DNA of 64,000 nt from an uncultured bacterium (GTDB lineage Bacteria > Patescibacteriota > Minisyncoccia > UBA6257 > 2-01-FULL-56-20). The stretch is from positions 751,893 through 815,892 of the forward strand of contig OY970126.1 in assembly GCA_963705915.1 (NCBI GenBank), given 5' to 3'. This document shows, piece by piece, positions 57,315 to 64,000 of this stretch (the first letter of the stretch is position 1; every line of letters starts with the position of its first letter). A program made the position numbers and the translations under genes. The notes under the pieces are model-generated. The model made no database searches. It was given only the letters and a program-made list of their open reading frames with translations, and was not told where the DNA came from.

Positions 57315-58832
57315 ATGGCAAACGCGACCACGAAACATTCTTCGGTTCATGCGAGCATAAAACAGCGCCCGCCTATTGTGGTTGTGATGGGGCACGTCGA
57401 CCACGGCAAAACAACGCTCCTCGATTACATCCGCAAAGCGAACATCGCTGCGCGCGAAGCAGGCGGCATCACGCAGGCTGTCGGAGCGTACGAAATTGAA
57501 CATGGCGGTCGCAAGATCACCTTCATCGACACGCCCGGACACGAAGCGTTCACGTCGATGCGTTCGCGCGGCGCGCAGGCTGCCGACCTCGCCATTCTTG
57601 TGGTTGCCGCTGACGAAGGCGTGAAACCGCAAACGCGCGAAGCGATTCGCATCATCGAAGAAACAAAAACGCCCTACATCGTGGCGTTTAATAAGATTGA
57701 TAAGACCAATGGCTCGATTGATAAGGCGCGCAACGATTTGATGACGGCCGGCGTTTTGCTTGAAGGGTTCGGCGGACAGGTGAGCTATCACGGCGTCTCG
57801 GCAAAAACGGGCGACGGGGTGAACGATCTGCTCGATCTCATTTTACTCGCGGCCGACGTGGATGATTTGAAATACGATTCGGCGGCGCCGGCAACGGGTT
57901 ACATTCTCGAAGCACGCCGTGATCCGCGGCGCGGCATTGAGGCGACGGTGATCGTAAAAAACGGGACGTTGCATCGCGGCGATCCGATTGTCACGGCTTC
58001 TGCCCATGGCAAAGTAAAAATTTTGGAAAACTTTTTAGAGAAGCCAGTTTTACAGCTTGAACCGTCGGCACCGGCAGTCATTATTGGTTTTGAATCATTG
58101 CCGAACGTCGGCGAGGAATTCGCGGTGGGCGAATTGGGCGTTGTAGGGAAGGCAGGAGCCACGCCTGCGGCCGGTATTTCCAATGCAAACACATCAAAAA
58201 AAACGAGCGGTCGCCTTGGTGAAGCGAAACCGAACACATTGAATCTGATTTTGAAGTCATCCGACAGCGGTTCGCTCGAAGCGTTGTCTCTTGTTTTGCG
58301 GAGCGTCGATCAGTCCGGCGGCAAGGAAGTGAACCTCGTGGAAGAAGCCGTTGGCGATATCACGGACGGTGACGTGAAGCATGCCCTTGCGACCGGGGCA
58401 ACGATTATCGGTTTTAAGAATAAAGTGGCCGGTGGCGCACGCACGCTTGCTGAAGCGCAGGAGATCACCATCATCACCTCGAACATCGTTTATGATTTGC
58501 AAAAAGCCGTTGAGGAATTTCTTTCGGGAGCCCGAGGGCCCGCGGCCCTCGGAGAATTGGAGGTGCTTGCGGTGTTCAATCAGGAGAAAATGGAAAAACA
58601 ATTGATCGGCGGCCGCGTTGCGGCTGGACTCGTCCGTTCTAAAACATCGTTCGAAGTTCTGCGTCAAGCCGGCCCAGAAGCGCCAAAAGAACCGCTCGGC
58701 AACGGCCGCATCCTCGAACTCCGCGAAAAGAAATCCGAGATCACCCAGGCTGAGAAAGGAAAAGAAATCGGCCTGCTCGTGAACTCGCACGTTTTGATCA
58801 AAGCAGGGGACAAGCTCGTCATCCGAAAATAG
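57315..58832 (+). CDS. infB: Translation initiation factor IF-2 (short form)
   Basis: [32 protein letters not shown]. Confidence 0.95.
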   Translation: MANATTKHSSVHASIKQRPPIVVVMGHVDHGKTTLLDYIRKANIAAREAGGITQAVGAYEIEHGGRKITFIDTPGHEAFTSMRSRGAQAADLAILVVAADEGVKPQTREAIRIIEETKTPYIVAFNKIDKTNGSIDKARNDLMTAGVLLEGFGGQVSYHGVSAKTGDGVNDLLDLILLAADVDDLKYDSAAPATGYILEARRDPRRGIEATVIVKNGTLHRGDPIVTASAHGKVKILENFLEKPVLQLEPSAPAVIIGFESLPNVGEEFAVGELGVVGKAGATPAAGISNANTSKKTSGRLGEAKPNTLNLILKSSDSGSLEALSLVLRSVDQSGGKEVNLVEEAVGDITDGDVKHALATGATIIGFKNKVAGGARTLAEAQEITIITSNIVYDLQKAVEEFLSGARGPAALGELEVLAVFNQEKMEKQLIGGRVAAGLVRSKTSFEVLRQAGPEAPKEPLGNGRILELREKKSEITQAEKGKEIGLLVNSHVLIKAGDKLVIRK

Positions 58833-58848
58833 TGAGCGGAGCTTTATC

Positions 58849-59190
58849 ATGAAATTCTATCGGTCTGACCGCGTGAGCAAATTAATACGGGAAGAGCTCG
58901 GGAAGATCATTGTGCGCGAGTTTGAATTCAACGACGCGCTTGCGACGATCACGACCGTCGATGTCGACAAAAAACTCGAACATGCAACAGTGAACGTGAG
59001 CGTGATCCCGGCGTCGGGCGAAGAGCATGTTTTGGCGGTTCTCCAAAAAAGCGCCGGCCACTTGCAGCATATGCTAAACCAAAAGATGAATATCAAGCCG
59101 ATGCCGCGGATCGTTTTTGCGCCCGACCACGGCAATGAGAACGCCGCGAAAGTTGAAAAAATATTAGATCAGGATACTATTCAGGAGTAA
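58849..59190 (+). CDS. rbfA: Ribosome-binding factor A
   Basis: Follows infB; R..RV...I.EEL, ITTVDV, MPRIVF. Confidence 0.85.
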   Translation: MKFYRSDRVSKLIREELGKIIVREFEFNDALATITTVDVDKKLEHATVNVSVIPASGEEHVLAVLQKSAGHLQHMLNQKMNIKPMPRIVFAPDHGNENAAKVEKILDQDTIQE

Positions 59191-59206
59191 GCGCTAGTCG
59201 TGGCAC

Positions 59207-59278
59207 GGCCTGGTTGCTAAGTGGTAAAGCGAGGGACTGCAAATCCCTTATACGCGGGTTCGATTCCCGCCCAGGCCT
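59207..59278 (+). tRNA. tRNA-Cys(GCA)
   Basis: GGCCTGG/CCAGGCC; AGGGA-CTGCAAA-TCCCT; GGTTCGATTCC; U discriminator. Confidence 0.93.
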
Positions 59279-59347
59279 CAACAGGCAATACCTTTTCCTT
59301 TTTCTAAAAAAGTTTTAGTATAAAAATAGAGTTTTGTGGGAGGTGCT

Positions 59348-59512
59348 ATGACGCCATCAAGCCCCGAAGCGCAAGCGCTCGTGGAAACTTTCGAATGTGG
59401 GTTTTGCATTAAGGAGACAAATCCCACGAAAAGCACGTGCAGTAAAGCGCGTGACCGAACAAGATATTGCAGTGATCTCTGTAAAGAAGCAGCCGAAGCA
59501 CTCCACGACTGA
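59348..59512 (+). CDS. 54-aa Cys-rich peptide (CGFC...C...YCSDLC), possible zinc ribbon
   Basis: Translated manually; SD GGAGGT; terminator AGCGGCTC-ATAAC-GAGCCGCT-T run at 59514-59538. Confidence 0.65.
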   Translation: MTPSSPEAQALVETFECGFCIKETNPTKSTCSKARDRTRYCSDLCKEAAEALHD

Positions 59513-59596
59513 AGCGGCTCATAACGAGCCGCTTTTTCATTGGAGGGAAATATTTACAGGATATGAATCGGATGGTAGATTATGAAAACGCAGCAA

Positions 59597-59680
59597 GCCC
59601 GGGTGGTGAAATTGGCAGCCACGACAGACTTAAGATCTGTTGCTCGCAAGAGCGTGCCGGTTCGACTCCGGCCCCGGGCA
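59597..59680 (+). tRNA. tRNA-Leu(TAA)
   Basis: GCCCGGG/CCCGGGC; ACAGA-CTTAAGA-TCTGT; variable arm; GGTTCGACTCC. Confidence 0.93.
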
Positions 59681-59740
59681 CTCTTATTTCAACCTACGAT
59701 CGCGTAACCGAGTGTTATAATTCAGGATATCCTCTAGCCG

Positions 59741-62700
59741 ATGCATAAAGTTCTTTCTCCCCTCAGCGGAGATGCTAAGAAAGTGTTTGTTGTATTCTTT
59801 TTCGCAACTTTTGTCTCAGGAGTGTTTTATTTTGGTTTATCTACAAGGCAGGTCTTCGCCTCATCGTATGCCTATTACCGTTCTATCACGGTCACCTCGA
59901 CTTCTTCAATCGCCTCAGGAACGCTGACAAATTTTCCGATACTTGTATCGTCGACCTTGTCCTCATGGGAACCCGTGAGCGATGGGGGCAAGATACAGCA
60001 TCTCACGACAGCTCCGAACGGGGGACAAGAACCTGCTGATCTTGTCTTTGCAACATCTTCTGCGAACTGCGGCACAGCGAATCTCAATTTCGAAACGGAG
60101 TCTTATACTTCGAGCACTGGCGCATTGGTAGATTGGGTTAATGTTCCCACGATGGAGATGGGAACGGTCATTTATGCCTGCTATGGCAATACTTCAGTCG
60201 CAACCGATCAGTCTCATCCAAGTTCGACGTGGAATAGCAATTATGCAGCGGTATATCACCTCGGCGACAATCCTCCGACAACCATACACGATAGCACGAG
60301 CCACGGGGATAATCTCGGGGTTGGTGGAGGTTCTACCGCGCAGTTCGCAGGTGAGATAGATGGTGCCATCAATTTTCCGAACGCGAGCCAATATGGTGGT
60401 ATTTACGCAAGTAGTACTCAGGCATCCGGTGGAGGGACGGGGAATTTTACCATTTCCACATGGGTCAACTTCAATGCTTTCTTCTCAGCATACGACGGAT
60501 TAGGTGGGGCCATCTTTGAAGTAGCGTCAGGCACCTATCCTTATTACGAAAAAGCACTCGTTTTGACCGGCACATCTACGCCTCAAATTAGTTTTTATGT
60601 GGTTCCCTCTAGTGGAAGTGGGTTTACGATGAATAGTCCAGCCGCTGTCGCGACCGGCACGTGGTACTACCTCACAGGAACATTAAATGGCACGACGGCT
60701 TCGTTATACGTGAATGGCGTTTTTGCCACATCCACTACTATATCCGGTTCTTTTATGGATTCGCCTATCTGCATGGTTCCCTACAACGTTTGCGGTAGCG
60801 GCAATTATACTCGTTCTGTTGATGCCGCCGTAGATGAAAGTCGTGTTTCAAATATTGCCCTTTCACCCTCATGGATTCTCACGGAATACAACAACCAATC
60901 AAGCCCCTCAACGTTCTATACCATGGGAAATGAAACGATCAACAACGCCGGACCTCCGTCGGTCTCCTGGATTTCCCCCGCTAACAACGCTTCAGTATCT
61001 TCCACGATCACGCTTACCGCATCGTCGACCGACAACACGCTCGTTTCAAGCACTGCCTTCTACGAGGGGACTTATGGTTCAAGTCTTGCTTCGAGCACTC
61101 TTATCGGAGCTACAAGCACCGCGAGCGGAACGCTCTATTCCGTGCCTTGGAACACAGGCTTGGTCGCGAACGGCTCGACGACTCTCTGGGCTCTTGCAAC
61201 CGATATCGCAAACAACACTTCTAGCGCGTCAACCACGGTGAATGTGACGAACACGCTCGCGATTACGAACACCACGGCGACGACCATCACGTACTCAGGC
61301 GCCACGATCACCTGGATGACGAATCTCGCGGCGTCCTCGACGGTAAACTACGGCCTGACCTCTGCCTACGGCTCTTCGACGGGGAGCTCGACTCTCGTCA
61401 CGAATCACTCTATAGCACTCATTGGTTTGGCGGCGTCGACCACCTATCATTATCAAGCTCTTTCGACCACCGGAGGAGGAAGTATAGCGACCTCTACTGA
61501 TGCAACGTTCACGACGGGCATCTCTCCCGGAACGCCGGGCACTCCATCCTTTTCTTCGGTCGGTTCAAGCACGCTCACTGTTTCGTGGACGTCCGCTTCG
61601 TCAACGAATTTCTATAGTATCGATCGCGCTACTTCCAGCCAGATCTATGCGCAAATAGCGACGACCACATTCCTTTCTTATAATGATTCGGGCCTCACGG
61701 GGAACACCCTCTATTTTTATGAGATCACCGGTGTAAATTCGAGCGGTGATGGCCCCGCGAGTGCGAGCTCTAGCGAGCTTACGCTTCCTGCGGCACCCGG
61801 AGCGCCCACCTATACGGATATCGGATCTTCTACCATTACGGTGAATTGGACTGCTCCCGCGGGAGCCGCTGCTTTTTATGAATTGGAAAGAGCTACCTCG
61901 TCAGCCGTTTTCACCCAAATAGGCACGACAACATCTCTTTTCTATGAGGACGCAGGACTCGCCACAGGCACTACGTATCTCTATCGTCTAAGAGCGGCAA
62001 ATGCGACGGGTAGCGGAGATTACAGCGCTTCATCCTCGGTAACGACGGTTTCCGGCGTGGGTCCCTATATGGCCCGCACTGATACCAACGCGCAACCCTA
62101 TCCATCGTCCATTCCTTGTCCGGCTTCATCCGCGCAATCTCAACCCGATGGTTCGATGGGATGCGCGAACGGAGGGGCGTTGTATGGATCAAATTACTAT
62201 TTCACCCCGTCCGATTTTCCTACGACGCCGATCTTGCGGGTCACGGACGTCAGTACGCCGACTACAAACAGCGGAAAGAGTTTTTTTACCGATTGCGGCG
62301 GTTCGGCAGAGACCAACATCATGGATTCATCCGACAATATTTTCTATATTTGCGATAGCGGTTCCGCGATTCGGATCATGACATTCAATTCGAGCACGCC
62401 AAGCGTTTCGCTCCGTTACAATTCATACATATTGCCCGATTGCGGCAGCGGCACCGGCAACATAGGGAATCTGTTTTTCAGTTTCACGCGTCCTCTCATA
62501 GGATATGCATCCTGTTTCAATAGCAGCGGCGATCCCATAATCGCGCAATTGAATTTTACGAGTACGAGTACCGGCCCAACGGTTGCGAATGGCGGAATCA
62601 CCACGGTCGTCGATTTGTCCAACTGCGTAGGCGCTCTCGCCGGAGTTGGGCCATCTGCATATCTCGACGATGTAAGCGTGAGTGCCGACGATCAAACGTT

Positions 62701-64000
62701 CGCCGTCCTCGGAAGCACAACATCCGGGCAAGGATCGTCCGGCGCGATCTATGCTATTGTTTGGAACCGGACGCTGGGATGCCGGGTATGGGACGTGGGA
62801 ACAAATGTGGTCAGTGGCAGCTACGGAGGCTCTTCCACGGGAGCGGTATCGTTCACCTCTGACGGCGTAACCCCGGTCGCCACTTCGACGTTCACACTGC
62901 ATAATGTCAGATTGGGCAAAGGCGGCACGTGGGTCAAGGTGGGTTGCTCAAGCTGCTCCGCTGCAAATTTCCTTTGGCAGATCAATACCACAAATGTTTA
63001 CGAGCAATGGAATGATGCAACCTATGCATGCGGCCACACTGCGGTCGGTTCATCGCTTACCGTAAACACCTGTGACGCTCTAGGGCATTATCAGAATGAT
63101 TTTTCTCGCCCAAACAACAATCCCGGCGATTACACCAGCCTGCCGTCCTCGTTCCCGCCGCAAGTGAGTGGTCCTTGGGATAGCCATCTATCATGGAACA
63201 ACGATAATGCGAGCGACACCGCTCCGTTTTTGATGACGCCCGACAATGGACAATTTGCTCCCGTTGAAGCGTGGGACAACGAGATACTTGGAATTTCGAC
63301 CGATGGCAGCGGCCAAGTTTACCGCTTTGCGCACACCTATGGCACCAATCTCTCCGAGTTTTTCGACGCCAACAATGAAATTGGGGACGTCTCCGCCGAC
63401 GGCAAATATTATCTTTGGACAACCGATTGGGATGGGATGCTCGGCAATATCAACGGAACCTCGTCGTCGTGCACGATCGGCACGGATTGTCGAGCCGACG
63501 TTTTTCTTGCCGTCCTGCCCCTTGCGAGCGACACGACCCCTCCTTCCGTACCAACCGATCTCGTGGCGACGGCAGTATCGACAAGCGAGATCGATTTATC
63601 GTGGGCTTCAAGCACCGATAACGTTGGCGTCGCAGGCTATGACATTTACCGCGACGGTGTAAATATTGCGACAACAACATCTCTTGCGTATGCCGACACG
63701 GGTCTCTCGGCGGATACCTCCTACAGCTATAACGTAGACGCCTTTGACCAAGCAGGTAATGTGTCGGGAGAGAGTTCTTCAACTTCAGCGACCACGGAGT
63801 CAGTAAGTGGCGGTGGAGGAGGCGGCGGTGGCGGCAGCAGCGGCGGAGGCGGTGGTGGCGGTGGCGGTGGTGGGGGATCGTATTATAGTCCTCCTGCGCC
63901 AACATCGACTGTTGTGGCAAGCTCCTCGACTCCAATCCAAGCGCTCCTCGCTGAACTTGAGGTTCTGATAAAAGAGCTGAACGATCAACTGGTCACAAGC
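59741..64000 (+). CDS. Giant Ser/Thr-rich surface protein (>1400 aa, 3' truncated): signal, DUF2341-like, LamG-like, Ig-like, several FN3, poly-Gly linker
   Basis: Absent from the ORF track, consistent with no stop before the edge; same frame at start and end; YAYYRSITV...NFPILVS, DWVNVP, AVYHL, DTTPPSVPTDL...DNVGVAGYDIYRDG. Confidence 0.85.
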   Translation, partial: MHKVLSPLSGDAKKVFVVFFFATFVSGVFYFGLSTRQVFASSYAYYRSITVTSTSSIASGTLTNFPILVSSTLSSWEPVSDGGKIQHLTTAPNGGQEPADLVFATSSANCGTANLNFETESYTSSTGALVDWVNVPTMEMGTVIYACYGNTSVATDQSHPSSTWNSNYAAVYHLGDNPPTTIHDSTSHGDNLGVGGGSTAQFAGEIDGAINFPNASQYGGIYASSTQASGGGTGNFTISTWVNFNAFFSAYDGLGGAIFEVASGTYPYYEKALVLTGTSTPQISFYVVPSSGSGFTMNSPAAVATGTWYYLTGTLNGTTASLYVNGVFATSTTISGSFMDSPICMVPYNVCGSGNYTRSVDAAVDESRVSNIALSPSWILTEYNNQSSPSTFYTMGNETINNAGPPSVSWISPANNASVSSTITLTASSTDNTLVSSTAFYEGTYGSSLASSTLIGATSTASGTLYSVPWNTGLVANGSTTLWALATDIANNTSSASTTVNVTNTLAITNTTATTITYSGATITWMTNLAASSTVNYGLTSAYGSSTGSSTLVTNHSIALIGLAASTTYHYQALSTTGGGSIATSTDATFTTGISPGTPGTPSFSSVGSSTLTVSWTSASSTNFYSIDRATSSQIYAQIATTTFLSYNDSGLTGNTLYFYEITGVNSSGDGPASASSSELTLPAAPGAPTYTDIGSSTITVNWTAPAGAAAFYELERATSSAVFTQIGTTTSLFYEDAGLATGTTYLYRLRAANATGSGDYSASSSVTTVSGVGPYMARTDTNAQPYPSSIPCPASSAQSQPDGSMGCANGGALYGSNYYFTPSDFPTTPILRVTDVSTPTTNSGKSFFTDCGGSAETNIMDSSDNIFYICDSGSAIRIMTFNSSTPSVSLRYNSYILPDCGSGTGNIGNLFFSFTRPLIGYASCFNSSGDPIIAQLNFTSTSTGPTVANGGITTVVDLSNCVGALAGVGPSAYLDDVSVSADDQTFAVLGSTTSGQGSSGAIYAIVWNRTLGCRVWDVGTNVVSGSYGGSSTGAVSFTSDGVTPVATSTFTLHNVRLGKGGTWVKVGCSSCSAANFLWQINTTNVYEQWNDATYACGHTAVGSSLTVNTCDALGHYQNDFSRPNNNPGDYTSLPSSFPPQVSGPWDSHLSWNNDNASDTAPFLMTPDNGQFAPVEAWDNEILGISTDGSGQVYRFAHTYGTNLSEFFDANNEIGDVSADGKYYLWTTDWDGMLGNINGTSSSCTIGTDCRADVFLAVLPLASDTTPPSVPTDLVATAVSTSEIDLSWASSTDNVGVAGYDIYRDGVNIATTTSLAYADTGLSADTSYSYNVDAFDQAGNVSGESSSTSATTESVSGGGGGGGGGSSGGGGGGGGGGGGSYYSPPAPTSTVVASSSTPIQALLAELEVLIKELNDQLVTS

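Noticed and set aside
59375-59396. GCGCTCGTGGAAACTTTCGAA, resembling the reverse complement of the array repeat
   Set aside because: Core is one base shorter with a mismatched centre, in opposite orientation and inside a plausible ORF; likely chance.
63806-63876. GGC/GGT microsatellite-like tract
   Set aside because: Encodes the poly-Gly linker of the surface protein; not an independent repeat element.
59875-63988. Many short ORFs listed in the track
   Set aside because: Alternative frames of the single long surface-protein gene.

Overview
64 kb of bacterial chromosome, most likely Patescibacteria/CPR (Parcubacteria-like). That assignment is inferred from the short IF2, tRNAs without encoded CCA, SD-less core genes, a tRNA-adjacent stand-alone LAGLIDADG gene, an RnfD-like/ApbE/FMN-binding module and a giant DUF2341/LamG/FN3 surface protein. 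Layout: surface-glycan cluster (1-16.4 kb; GDP-heptose enzymes, split transketolase, glycosyltransferases, flippase, priming transferase); redox/chaperone block (DsbA, ArsR, Grx, TrxR, CIRCE-groES-groEL); lemA-htpX-tRNA-Ser(GGA) followed by an accessory region; fur; flavinylation module; peptidases; gyrB-secE-nusG-rpsR; ABC transporter; mscL; HNH + LAGLIDADG + tRNA-Ser(GCT); infB-rbfA; tRNA-Cys; tRNA-Leu; and a large surface protein running off the right edge. Main discovery candidate: directly downstream of tRNA-Ser(GGA) are five direct copies of a ~28-bp site (consensus GGTTCGAACATCRTCCACGAGYCCCCGC, sharing the tRNA T-loop core GGTTCGAA). They delimit 0.2-0.5 kb units, each a self-contained transcription unit (promoter, SD, small ORF or structured RNA, terminator) in either orientation. 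This looks like a tRNA-anchored, integron-like cassette array with no recombinase in the window. All calls come from reading the sequence by eye; no searches were run.
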